This document shows positions 9,497 to 18,044 of a stretch of 37,021 bases of DNA, piece by piece. Origin of the DNA: Polyangiaceae bacterium (lineage in GTDB: Bacteria; Myxococcota_A; Polyangia; Polyangiales; Polyangiaceae); NCBI GenBank assembly GCA_965222375.1, contig CBDCTZ010000007.1:1-37021 (forward strand), in the 5' to 3' direction. The notes under the pieces are model-generated. The model was not told where the DNA came from. It made no database searches and saw nothing but the letters and a program-made list of their open reading frames with translations. Numbering within the stretch: the first letter of the stretch is position 1; every line of letters begins with the position of its first letter. A program made the position numbers and the translations under genes.

Positions 9497-12121
9497 GTGC
9501 AAGCGATCTTTTCGGTGGGCCTGAGCGTGTACGTGGAGGAGCGGAATGCAACTGATTGCTGGGTCGACTGGTGGCCGATCTGCCCCCCTAGACCGCCCGA
9601 TTGGCTCACCGAGGGTGTCGCTATCGAGGTTATCGGACCAGCGGTGTTCGCCTTGTTGGCATTTGGGCTTAGTCTTGGCCCCAGAGCATGGCGACAATGG
9701 CGAACGCGCCGCAAGGAGACCAGGGCTGCAGCACGTAGACTTAGTCAAGTAGGCCACATCTGGGATCAGTTAGCTGAGGCTCGCCCAACGGATCTTGGCG
9801 TCTGGCCAAGTGGGGTTACGTCTGCTACGGATGAGCGCGATCTTCCTATCTACGTGCCGCGCGATCTCGATACTGCAATTCGTTCGCGGATGCACTATGT
9901 CCGTGGGCTGCCTCCCGGGAGTCCTGAACGGGAGATAGTGATAGCCGGTCATCCCAAGGCAGGTAAGACAAGGAGCTTGTTCGAAGCTGCTCGGGTCGTC
10001 TTGCCGGGGTGGCGGGTGCTGGACGTGCGACTTCCTGCTGGTGATCGTCCGCTAGATGAGCTTCTGGCAGTGGCCGGCGAGTTGGCGCCGGGTCGCGAGT
10101 TGCTGATCTGGATTGATGACGGGCACGAGCACCTAAATAGAGGACTCACGAATCGCACGCTCGCGGAATTACATCAAGAGATTCCACTGGCAGTGGTAGC
10201 GATGACTATCCACCTATCGGCGCTCTCGCGCCACGACGCTGCGGTGGGTGACCGCGATACGATCTCCTATCTGGACAAGCTGTCATCGTCGACGCGGCTC
10301 GACCGCAGCTTGAGCGAGCGTGAGCTTGGTCGGGCGGAAGCGCTACACCCCGAAATCGCTGGACGTGACGATCTTGCGCATCTTGCTGAACTGTTGGCAG
10401 CGGTCCCGCTTCTCCGAAGCCGACTTAATGATGATAACCCTCCTGGTCTCGCTGTGCTTCAGGCCGCCATCGCTTGGCGTCAGATTGGAATGGGTGTGTC
10501 AGTTGACCGCGACCAGTTAAGGGTATTGACGCAGGAGTTTATTAACCCCCGTCAGCCCCTAACTGACGCTATGTTTGACGAGGGCTTGGCCTGGGCGGCT
10601 CAGCCCGTTGCAATAGCAACAGCGCTTATTAGCATTGACAGAGCCGGCCGATACCGAGCTTTCGACTCTATCGCCGAGGAATACAGGGTCGACGTTAGCG
10701 ACACCGTTTGGGACATAATGATCGATAGGGCAGCGCCCGCCGACTTGGATTCGGTTGGTGAAGTCGCGTATTCTGACGGAAATTTACAACGAGCGGAACG
10801 CGCTTTCCGTCGTGCTGCCGAAGACTACGACTACGACCTGGCGATGTTCAACCTCGGGATAGTACTTGACGAGCGGGGGGAGGTAGAAGAGGCCGAGCAA
10901 TGGTATCGCCGAGCAATTGAAGACCACGACTCTCACCTAGCTATGGTCGGGCTTGGTGAACTGCTCATAGAACGGGGGGAGGTAGAAGAGGCCGAGCAAT
11001 GGTATCGCCGAGCAATTGAAGACCACGACTCTCACCTAGCTATGGTCGGGCTTGGTGAACTGCTCATAGAACGGGGGGAGGTAGAAGAGGCCGAGCAATG
11101 GTATCGCCAAGCGGCCCAAGACCACGACTATGACCTAGCGATGGTCGACCTTGGTGAACTGCTCATAGAACGGGGGAAGGCAGAAGAGGCCGAGCAATGG
11201 TATCGCCGAGCGGCCCAAGACCACGACTACGACCTAGCTATGTTCCGGCTTGGTGGACTGCTCATAGAACGGGGGAAGGCAGAAGAGGCCGAGCAATGGT
11301 ATCGCCGAGCGGCCCAAGACCACGACTATGACCTAGCGATGGTCGACCTTGGTGAACTGCTCATAGAACGGGGGAAGGCAGAAGAGGCCGAGCAATGGTA
11401 TCGCCAAGCGGCCCAAGACCACGACTATGACCTAGCGATGTTCCGGCTTGGTGAACTGCATATAGAACGGGGGAAGGCAGAAGAGGCCGAGCAATGGTAT
11501 CGCCGAGCGGCCCAAGACCACGACTCTCACCTAGCTATGTTCCGGCTTGGTGGACTGCTCATAGAACGGGGGGAGGTAGAAGAGGCCGAGCAATGGTATC
11601 GCCGAGCGGCCCAAGACCACGACTCTCACCTAGCGATGGTCGGGCTTGGTGAACTGCATATAGAACGGGGGGAGGTAGAAGAGGCCGAGCAATGGTATCG
11701 CCGAGCGGCCCAAGACCACGACTCTCACCTAGCGATGGTCGGGCTTGGTGAACTGCTCATAGAACGGGGGGAGGTAGAAGAGGCCGAGCAATGGTATCGC
11801 CGAGCAATTGAAGACCACGACTACGTCCTAGCTATGTTCCGGCTTGGTGAACTGCTCATAGAACGGGGGAACGTAGAAGAGGCCGAGCAATGGTATCGCC
11901 GAGCAATTGAAGACCACGACTACGACCTAGCTATGGTCGGGCTTGGTGAACTGCTCATAGAACGGGGGAACGTAGAAGAGGCCGAACAATGGTATCGCCG
12001 AGCGGCCCAAGACCACGACTACGACCTAGCTATGTTCCGGCTTGGTGAACTGCTCATAGAACGGGGGAAGGTAGAAGAGGCCGAGCAATGGTATCGCCGA
12101 GCAGCTGAGTCCCCCAGATGA
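9497..12121 (+). CDS. TM-anchored P-loop NTPase (STAND-like) with C-terminal TPR/Sel1-like repeats
   Basis: Hydrophobic N-terminal segment, Walker A GHPKAGKT, Walker B LIWIDD, 13 x 33-aa repeats; start codon uncertain. Confidence 0.85.
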   Translation: MQAIFSVGLSVYVEERNATDCWVDWWPICPPRPPDWLTEGVAIEVIGPAVFALLAFGLSLGPRAWRQWRTRRKETRAAARRLSQVGHIWDQLAEARPTDLGVWPSGVTSATDERDLPIYVPRDLDTAIRSRMHYVRGLPPGSPEREIVIAGHPKAGKTRSLFEAARVVLPGWRVLDVRLPAGDRPLDELLAVAGELAPGRELLIWIDDGHEHLNRGLTNRTLAELHQEIPLAVVAMTIHLSALSRHDAAVGDRDTISYLDKLSSSTRLDRSLSERELGRAEALHPEIAGRDDLAHLAELLAAVPLLRSRLNDDNPPGLAVLQAAIAWRQIGMGVSVDRDQLRVLTQEFINPRQPLTDAMFDEGLAWAAQPVAIATALISIDRAGRYRAFDSIAEEYRVDVSDTVWDIMIDRAAPADLDSVGEVAYSDGNLQRAERAFRRAAEDYDYDLAMFNLGIVLDERGEVEEAEQWYRRAIEDHDSHLAMVGLGELLIERGEVEEAEQWYRRAIEDHDSHLAMVGLGELLIERGEVEEAEQWYRQAAQDHDYDLAMVDLGELLIERGKAEEAEQWYRRAAQDHDYDLAMFRLGGLLIERGKAEEAEQWYRRAAQDHDYDLAMVDLGELLIERGKAEEAEQWYRQAAQDHDYDLAMFRLGELHIERGKAEEAEQWYRRAAQDHDSHLAMFRLGGLLIERGEVEEAEQWYRRAAQDHDSHLAMVGLGELHIERGEVEEAEQWYRRAAQDHDSHLAMVGLGELLIERGEVEEAEQWYRRAIEDHDYVLAMFRLGELLIERGNVEEAEQWYRRAIEDHDYDLAMVGLGELLIERGNVEEAEQWYRRAAQDHDYDLAMFRLGELLIERGKVEEAEQWYRRAAESPR
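10823..12109 (+). repeat. 13 x 99-bp coding tandem repeat
   Basis: ga(g/a)caatggtatcg recurs every 99 bp from 10895 to 12083. Confidence 0.97.
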
Positions 12122-12293
12122 CCTTCCACTACCCAAGCGCTCGGGATGAGCATCACCTGTCTAGCGCTCGGCAAGGGCGGCCGGTTGCAGGTGGCTCTGC
12201 CCGACCGACCGCACCTTCCGGCGCGGAAGTCTGAGTGCGAGTCCTGGCCGACCACGATGCCTTGCTGGTCATAGGGGGCGTTTGGCGCTGCCG

Positions 12294-13565
12294 CTAGCCG
12301 GCCATCAGCGCAGAGTCCAACCTCTGAACGGTCTTGGTGTGAGCCCAGTTGTCCAGCTCTGGTCGTAGGCGGACGATATCGTCATAGCTCGAAGCAGTGT
12401 CGGTTTGGAGGGCTACGTCGAGGGACTGGAGAGCGATCTCTGCGGCTTCGTCGATGTTGCCATGCCTGATGTGGGCTTTCGCCAGACTTGTGAGGAGTCG
12501 GCTGCGGATCTTCTGCTCTGGTGCAATCTCTGAGAGGACGTGTTCTAGGGCCGTTCTGCCGTCGGCGGCGCGGTTGAAGCGAATGGCGGTTACTCCGCGC
12601 TCGCCGAGTAGGCGATTGTGATCGAAGAAGCTGATTCGGGGTGCTCCCCCATTGGCATGGTCGTCTATTTCGAGGACTCGATCGGCGCTGTCGAGGGCAG
12701 CGAAGGCGCTGGCTTCGTCGTTGGCTCGGGTTCGGGCTTCGGCCTCGAGCGAGTAGATCCATGCCCGGGTGGTTGGCGAGGCATCGTTCACACGGAAGCC
12801 GTGTACCTCGGCCTCGGTGAGGAGGTGGATGCTGTCGGTGGGGCTCGATCTCCAGGCTGGGAGCACGGATGCGCTGCCGATGGCGTATGCGCCGAGTGGA
12901 CCGTCTTCGGCCTCGGCCGCTGCGGTCAGCGCTGACCGGTAGTAGTTGTGGGCGGCTTCGTTGTCGCTCTGATCGTGGCTCATCCAGCCGAGTAGGATCG
13001 ACGTCTCGGCGGCCAGTGATGTGATTCGACGGCGCAGGGCTTCGGTCGGTGAACCAGTCTTGAGGAGCTGAATCAGCGTCCGAAGGTGAGCGGCAACAGG
13101 AGCCACGAGAAGTCCAGGCGCCATGGTCTGGTACATCTGAGCGAAGCTGGCTGTCATCGAGTCGAGGTGGTCGACGGTGCCTCGATCAACGCGGTTTCGA
13201 GAGGACAGGGCGGAGGTCAGTTGCTCCCACGGCTCGGCAGCCGCCGACACCACTGCCAGGCCAGTAATGCCGGCGGTGTGGCGCAGGAACTCTCGTCGTA
13301 GCATCCCGTCCTCCGGTGAGTCGGTGTCGGGATCCAGGGTACGGGCGAAGGTCAGCTCGATCAGTCGCCGATACCTCGCTGCGGGCTCTGACTTGCCGTT
13401 CTCCCATCGCGACACCATCGGCACCGACACCCCGGGGGTCTCCTCGCCGAGCTGGGCTGCGGTGTTGCGTATCTCCTGGACAAAGCGCTGCTGACCCCAC
13501 CCACGCACCTCCATGCGCTGGTGCCGGATGTAGACGCCGGTGCCGTGCGGATGTCGAGTGGCCAT
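12294..13565 (-). CDS. XRE-family transcriptional regulator with C-terminal TPR-like region
   Basis: RGWGQQRFV...VSVPMVSRWENGKSEP HTH, internal MLRREFL motif, LLGWMSHD..AAHNYY helical repeats typical of actinobacterial XRE regulators. Confidence 0.85.
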   Translation of the reverse strand: MATRHPHGTGVYIRHQRMEVRGWGQQRFVQEIRNTAAQLGEETPGVSVPMVSRWENGKSEPAARYRRLIELTFARTLDPDTDSPEDGMLRREFLRHTAGITGLAVVSAAAEPWEQLTSALSSRNRVDRGTVDHLDSMTASFAQMYQTMAPGLLVAPVAAHLRTLIQLLKTGSPTEALRRRITSLAAETSILLGWMSHDQSDNEAAHNYYRSALTAAAEAEDGPLGAYAIGSASVLPAWRSSPTDSIHLLTEAEVHGFRVNDASPTTRAWIYSLEAEARTRANDEASAFAALDSADRVLEIDDHANGGAPRISFFDHNRLLGERGVTAIRFNRAADGRTALEHVLSEIAPEQKIRSRLLTSLAKAHIRHGNIDEAAEIALQSLDVALQTDTASSYDDIVRLRPELDNWAHTKTVQRLDSALMAG

Positions 13566-13717
13566 GCCGAGTTGCCTTCACTTGCCGAGTTGCCGGCAAG
13601 TCGTGCTGGGACTTGATTGTCGATCGTACTGCTTGGCTGTGGCCATGACCGATCAGCAATTGCGAGACCTGTTTCGGCGACTAGAGCTGTTGACCGACGA
13701 GGTGGCGAGAGCGTCGG

Positions 13718-14110
13718 CTAGGAGCGCTTCGCTGGCCGCTTCTGCCGTTGAGCCGCCTCAACCTCGTCGAGTCGCTTGTGTACACGCTTCATCTCGTCGG
13801 CGAGCTCGTCGAGCCTCTCGGTCAAGGCCGCGTAGAGGTTTGACGGGTTGCTCCCATGCCTGAGCGCCTCGAGGTCGATGTCGTCCACCAAGAAGGTGCC
13901 TCGGCCCGGGACTCCGACCGCCAGCTGTTCGGCCTGCAGGAGCTTGAGCGCCGTCTGAACGGTCTGGCTGGATACGTCGAACTGACTCATGAGCTCCCGG
14001 GCCGACGGCAAACGGTCTCCCGGGGACAACGTCTCGTCAAGGATTCGCTCGATCACCCAGTCGGCCAGCTGCCGATGCTTGGGCCGTCGATCGTTCGGCT
14101 CCAACGTCAT
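13718..14110 (-). CDS. GntR-family repressor (KorSA-like)
   Basis: HRQLADWV...PGDRLPSARELMSQFDVSSQTVQTALKLL...GRGTF; divergent from transfer operon; TAGGCT 7 nt upstream of ATG suggests a leaderless transcript. Confidence 0.9.
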   Translation of the reverse strand: MTLEPNDRRPKHRQLADWVIERILDETLSPGDRLPSARELMSQFDVSSQTVQTALKLLQAEQLAVGVPGRGTFLVDDIDLEALRHGSNPSNLYAALTERLDELADEMKRVHKRLDEVEAAQRQKRPAKRS

Positions 14111-14150
14111 GAGGCGAAGCCTAGAGGGCGTAGCGGTGTGTATCGGATCT

Positions 14151-14193
14151 TTCAACGACGCCCGTTGAAGTTCTGTAGTGTACCGGTTAATAT
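14151..14193 (+). promoter_or_regulatory. Putative sigma70-type promoter of transfer operon with overlapping palindrome
   Basis: TTGAAG(14165)-N17-TAATAT(14188); palindrome TTCAACG-N5-CGTTGAA at 14151-14169 overlaps the -35. Confidence 0.55.
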
Positions 14194-14225
14194 CAATACA
14201 CTTAACCACGACTCAGGAGTATCCA

Positions 14226-14615
14226 ATGGATTTGCCACTTGATGATGAGAAGGTTCAGGCGAAGCAGTTCGCGGTGACGGGGGTGGAGCGGGCCACGGTG
14301 TATGTGCCGGGTCAGGCTCCCGAGGATGCCAAGCAGCGAACGAACGATGATGACGTTCCGTTGTGGGACATTTTCTGCACGGAGCAGGACGGCCGGCGGG
14401 TGACGAATTTCAAGGTCCGGATCGCTTCGGCGTCTGTGCCGGTGATCGAGGGGATTGCCCGTATCCGGTTTGGGGGTCTTCGGGCTTCGACCTACCCGGA
14501 CGGGGTCCGCAACGTGGTGACCTTCACCGCTGACACCTTCGCCTTGGGCGACGCACCCAGCCGCAAGGCACAACCCCAGGCCCCGCACCCGGAGGCGTCG
14601 AAGAAGGCCGCCTAG
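14226..14615 (+). CDS. AICE first-gene product, Pra/SCO3933-like (possible OB-fold ssDNA-binding protein)
   Basis: AGGAG RBS; 129 aa; Q..ND.DVPLW...F.GLRA..Y...VTFTAD pattern and position divergent from GntR. Confidence 0.6.
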   Translation: MDLPLDDEKVQAKQFAVTGVERATVYVPGQAPEDAKQRTNDDDVPLWDIFCTEQDGRRVTNFKVRIASASVPVIEGIARIRFGGLRASTYPDGVRNVVTFTADTFALGDAPSRKAQPQAPHPEASKKAA

Positions 14616-14624
14616 CAGTTCTGG

Positions 14625-14711
14625 TCTCTGCCCCCACCTGGTCGAGGGGCCACCACAGAAGCGGCTTCAGCGGGCCGCTGGTGGTTCCGGGTTCGACTCC
14701 CGGGCAGAGCA
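14625..14711 (+). ncRNA. tRNA-like structured RNA with non-canonical extended anticodon arm
   Basis: Acceptor CTCTGC/GCAGAG, D-like CCCC-ACCTGGTCGA-GGGG, long arm CCACCA/TGGTGG + GCGGC/GCCGC, T-arm CCGGG-TTCGACT-CCCGG. Confidence 0.65.
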
Positions 14712-14779
14712 CGCATCCGGCCCAGTCCAAGCACGGCCAGGCCGACACGAGCAATCCCAGCAAGGCGGAAAGGCACATC

Positions 14780-14923
14780 ATGTCTGCAATACAGCCTCTA
14801 GTTCAACGCGCCCACGAACACAGCCCCGGTCACGACGTCGAGGTCGGTCACGTCCAAGTCACCGACCACGACCTGCCCGGCCGACAACTCCTTCGACGCA
14901 CTGGGAGCGGGTGGGGGTGGTGA
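14780..14923 (+). CDS. Small hypothetical protein
   Basis: GAAAGG RBS, ATG; GTGA overlap with next gene. Confidence 0.45.
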   Translation: MSAIQPLVQRAHEHSPGHDVEVGHVQVTDHDLPGRQLLRRTGSGWGW

Positions 14924-15444
14924 GCGTGCCGCAACTTCGAGCGTCCCCCAGCCGGGTGGGAATTCATGATGGCGCTCCGATTGCGTGTCGATCGACCGCC
15001 GCCGAGGCGTTGTCAGAACTCCGAGCGGCCGGTCTGGATCAGGTCGGGGCCGACGACCTGGAGCCCTATCGGGTGGTGTTGTCTCCGGCGGAGTTCAAAC
15101 GCCTCGAGCACCGCCTGGCCGCCGCTGTGGCTGAGCACTGGCGCAACCATCAGGGCGAGCTTCCCTTCGGCACCGACATGGCCGCCGAGTGGACCATCAC
15201 CGAGGAGTTCAAGCTCCCCGGCCGCCCGCAGCTGGTGCCAGGTCGGGAGTTCTCGGTGTGGGGGTTCCGAGGCCGCCTCGTGTTCCACCGTGCCGTCACC
15301 ACTGACAGCGGGGCGATGTGGCTTGAGGCGTGGGACGAGGACGACCGGTGCCGGGCCATCACCCCTGACCGCGTCCGCACCATCCACCGCACCACCCGCC
15401 CCATTCCCGACGACTCCTTACGGGGCATGGGAGGCCGGTCGTGA
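14920..15444 (+). CDS. Hypothetical protein
   Basis: Coupled by GTGA overlaps on both sides; beta-rich C-terminal domain (PGREFSVWGFRGRLVF...PDRVRTIH). Confidence 0.65.
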   Translation: MSVPQLRASPSRVGIHDGAPIACRSTAAEALSELRAAGLDQVGADDLEPYRVVLSPAEFKRLEHRLAAAVAEHWRNHQGELPFGTDMAAEWTITEEFKLPGRPQLVPGREFSVWGFRGRLVFHRAVTTDSGAMWLEAWDEDDRCRAITPDRVRTIHRTTRPIPDDSLRGMGGRS

Positions 15445-15629
15445 CCCTGTTCGACCCCAACGACTACTACGTCCGGTCCCTCGACTCGTGGCAACCAGAG
15501 AACCTGGAGCCGTTCCTCTCCGAGGACTTGGCCTCGGATGACGACATGCATGACTGGTACCAGACACCAGATGGCCGCCTCGGCTACCCCAACCCGGCCG
15601 GCGACACGACCGAGCGGGGAGTGTCATGA
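15441..15629 (+). CDS. Small acidic hypothetical protein
   Basis: GGAGG RBS; GTGA/ATGA overlaps with neighbours. Confidence 0.6.
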   Translation: MTLFDPNDYYVRSLDSWQPENLEPFLSEDLASDDDMHDWYQTPDGRLGYPNPAGDTTERGVS

Positions 15630-17065
15630 CTTCGTATTTGGAGTCGCCGTTCACTGGGGGTCAGCAGATCCACCCCGGTCGGGCCGAGTCCCCGTGGCTC
15701 GCCTACCGGATCGCCCGCTGGTCGGTGCTGTCGGCCCGGTTGTTGGTGGTGTGGTGGCCTCTGGCCCCGATCTGGATCACCGCCCTGGCCGCCGGCCCCC
15801 TCGCCCTCCTCCCTACCGTGGTCACGGTCGTTGGGTTGTGGTCGCCGTGGTGGCGCCGTCAACTCCGCACTTCGGTGGAGCGGTCCTACACGCTGGGGTG
15901 GCGGGCCCTGTGGCCCCGAATCTGCGCCCTCGCCGGCCTCGCCGTACCGCTCGCTCGCCGGGCCCGAGTCCCCGAACTCGTGGCGGTGGAGCGGGGGCCG
16001 GGGTTGGTGCCGGCGTGGACCACGCTGCAGGTCCGCCCCCTCGGCGCTCACGACCCCGATGTCTGGTATGACCGGATCGCCGATCGGGTACGCCGGGTCA
16101 CCAAACACGCCGCCGTCCTGTCCTGGCAACACAACGACGGAACCCTCGTCATCCGCCTGTTCCGCCACCCACTCCCCGACCACCTACCTGTCGACCTCGA
16201 CCAGATCGCCCGCCTCAAGGACCACGTAGTCCTCGGTCGCTCGATCGAAAACGATTCGATCCGGTGGGCCGTCGACCTCCGGCCCCATGCGGTGGTGGTT
16301 GGGGTCACCGGGGGCGGCAAAGGCATCCTCCTCCGCCTGATCCTCGCTCACGCGGTGTGCTGTGGGTGGGCGATCTCGATCCTCAACCCCAAACGCTCCG
16401 GCGAATACGGGTGGCTCCGCAACCGAGCCTCGATCGCCAAGACGCTGCCCGGGATGGCGGCCATGGTCGCTGACGTGTTCGACGAGATGCAGATGCGCCA
16501 AGACCTCATCGAAGCCGCTGGAGTCGACACCTGGCACGAACTCCCCGAACTCACCACCCGGCGGCTCCTCGTCCTCGACGAATCCGCTTCCCTCATTGGC
16601 GTCGGGAACAAGGACCAGCACGCCCAAACCCGGCGAGAGATCGCCGGGCAACTCGCCGCCATTGTCGCCATGGGCCGCTCCGCCGGCATTCATGTCGTCT
16701 TGTTGACCCAGCACCCCGTCGCGGAATCGTTCGGCCCGTCCGGGTCGACGATGAAGACCAACACCGGGGCCCGGATCGTGGTTGGTTCCTCCCCACCTGA
16801 GGGCCTCCGGATGATGTTCGGCCCCGACCTCGGCCCCTCGGTATCGAAGGCACTGTCGGCTGGGCGCCCGGGCCGGTGCCTCTACCAAGGACTCGACCCA
16901 TCCAAAGGGGCGAGGATCACCGCCGGGCAGATCTACTACGCCCACCAAACCGACCTCCACACCCTCACCGGCCCCAACATCGAAGCGGGCCTGGTGCGGG
17001 ACTTCGACACTGAAGCCCTCGCTCTCATCGCTGGTGAGGGTGATGGGGAGAGGGGGCGGTCATGA
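15626..17065 (+). CDS. FtsK/SpoIIIE-family DNA translocase (TraB-like)
   Basis: N-terminal TM segments, Walker A GVTGGGKG, Walker B LLVLDES, MGRSAGIHVVLLTQHP. Confidence 0.9.
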   Translation: MTSYLESPFTGGQQIHPGRAESPWLAYRIARWSVLSARLLVVWWPLAPIWITALAAGPLALLPTVVTVVGLWSPWWRRQLRTSVERSYTLGWRALWPRICALAGLAVPLARRARVPELVAVERGPGLVPAWTTLQVRPLGAHDPDVWYDRIADRVRRVTKHAAVLSWQHNDGTLVIRLFRHPLPDHLPVDLDQIARLKDHVVLGRSIENDSIRWAVDLRPHAVVVGVTGGGKGILLRLILAHAVCCGWAISILNPKRSGEYGWLRNRASIAKTLPGMAAMVADVFDEMQMRQDLIEAAGVDTWHELPELTTRRLLVLDESASLIGVGNKDQHAQTRREIAGQLAAIVAMGRSAGIHVVLLTQHPVAESFGPSGSTMKTNTGARIVVGSSPPEGLRMMFGPDLGPSVSKALSAGRPGRCLYQGLDPSKGARITAGQIYYAHQTDLHTLTGPNIEAGLVRDFDTEALALIAGEGDGERGRS

Positions 17066-17616
17066 ACGGTCACGGGGTGCGACCGAACAAGTTGTGGCAC
17101 TGGTTCGCTGTCGCGTTCCTCGTCGCCACCTTCCTCGCCGAACCCGTCGCCTTCATCGGCCTCTCCTGGCAACTCTTCCGAGCAGCAGGAGCAGTCGGCG
17201 GGGAGTTGCTGACCGGCGAACCCGACCCCGACGTTCTCAACCTCAACCCCGACCCCGAACGCTCGAACACCAGTCGTGGTAGCCCCGAGGACGGCGACAG
17301 CGGCGGTGGTGACGGTGAGGCTGGAACCGCCGGCCCCGCTAGCACCACGGTCCTGGTCGAGTCGAACCTCGACCCCGATGCCCCAATCACCTGGCGCAGC
17401 CCCTTGCTGCCTTCGTCGGGGATCGGGCAGGCGGGTTGCGAGTCGAACATCTTCGAGTGCTGCCCCCACATCGAACGAGCCAGCACCAACATCGCGGTCT
17501 GCCTCACCGAAGCATTCCCACCCGCACGGGCAGTCGACCCCCACCCCGACGGCGAACCACGCAAGGACCCCACCAACAGCGATACCAGCGACGACACGGC
17601 CGGAGATGGACCATGA
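17062..17616 (+). CDS. Hypothetical membrane-anchored protein
   Basis: N-terminal hydrophobic stretch; ATGA overlaps with both neighbours. Confidence 0.6.
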   Translation: MNGHGVRPNKLWHWFAVAFLVATFLAEPVAFIGLSWQLFRAAGAVGGELLTGEPDPDVLNLNPDPERSNTSRGSPEDGDSGGGDGEAGTAGPASTTVLVESNLDPDAPITWRSPLLPSSGIGQAGCESNIFECCPHIERASTNIAVCLTEAFPPARAVDPHPDGEPRKDPTNSDTSDDTAGDGP

Positions 17617-18044
17617 AGCGCTCACCAACGACTCGCCGGCCGCGGCTCGGATTTGCGGCTGTCGTGCTTGGTCCGATCCGTCTAGCGGCATGGCTGATCC
17701 AGTTCATCCTCGTCCCCATCCTCCGCTGGTCGTGGCGCACCCTCGCTCGTGCCTGGCGATACCAGCGGCACCGCCGGGTCATCCGGCGGGCATCCCGCCA
17801 GTTCCACCTGACCCGCCGACAACAACGCCACCTCACCGCCTCTGATACCGGCGACCTTGAGCTGGTGCACCGGGCCCTGTGGTGGTGCCTCTGGACGATC
17901 GCCCACGAAATCCCCGCCATCCGCGTCGCCGAACGCATGCAGGCCACCGACCGGGGCTGGGACGACGTCATCGGCTACCTCGCCCGCCACCCCCAACACA
18001 TCGACGCCGCTGTGTCTGACTTGATGTCGCTTCTGCCGGAGGAA

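Noticed and set aside
10823..12109. CRISPR array
   Set aside because: 99-bp in-frame coding units with no unique spacers and no cas genes
9497..12121. Diversity-generating retroelement target
   Set aside because: No reverse transcriptase or separate template repeat in the window; variation is allele reassortment rather than adenine-specific
13645..13863. Small ORF divergent from the XRE regulator (MTDQQLRDLF...)
   Set aside because: Mostly antisense to the GntR gene, no RBS; cannot be supported
14625..14711. Selenocysteine or other decoding tRNA (loop contains TCA)
   Set aside because: No 7-nt anticodon loop on a 5-6 bp stem, no long variable arm, no CCA
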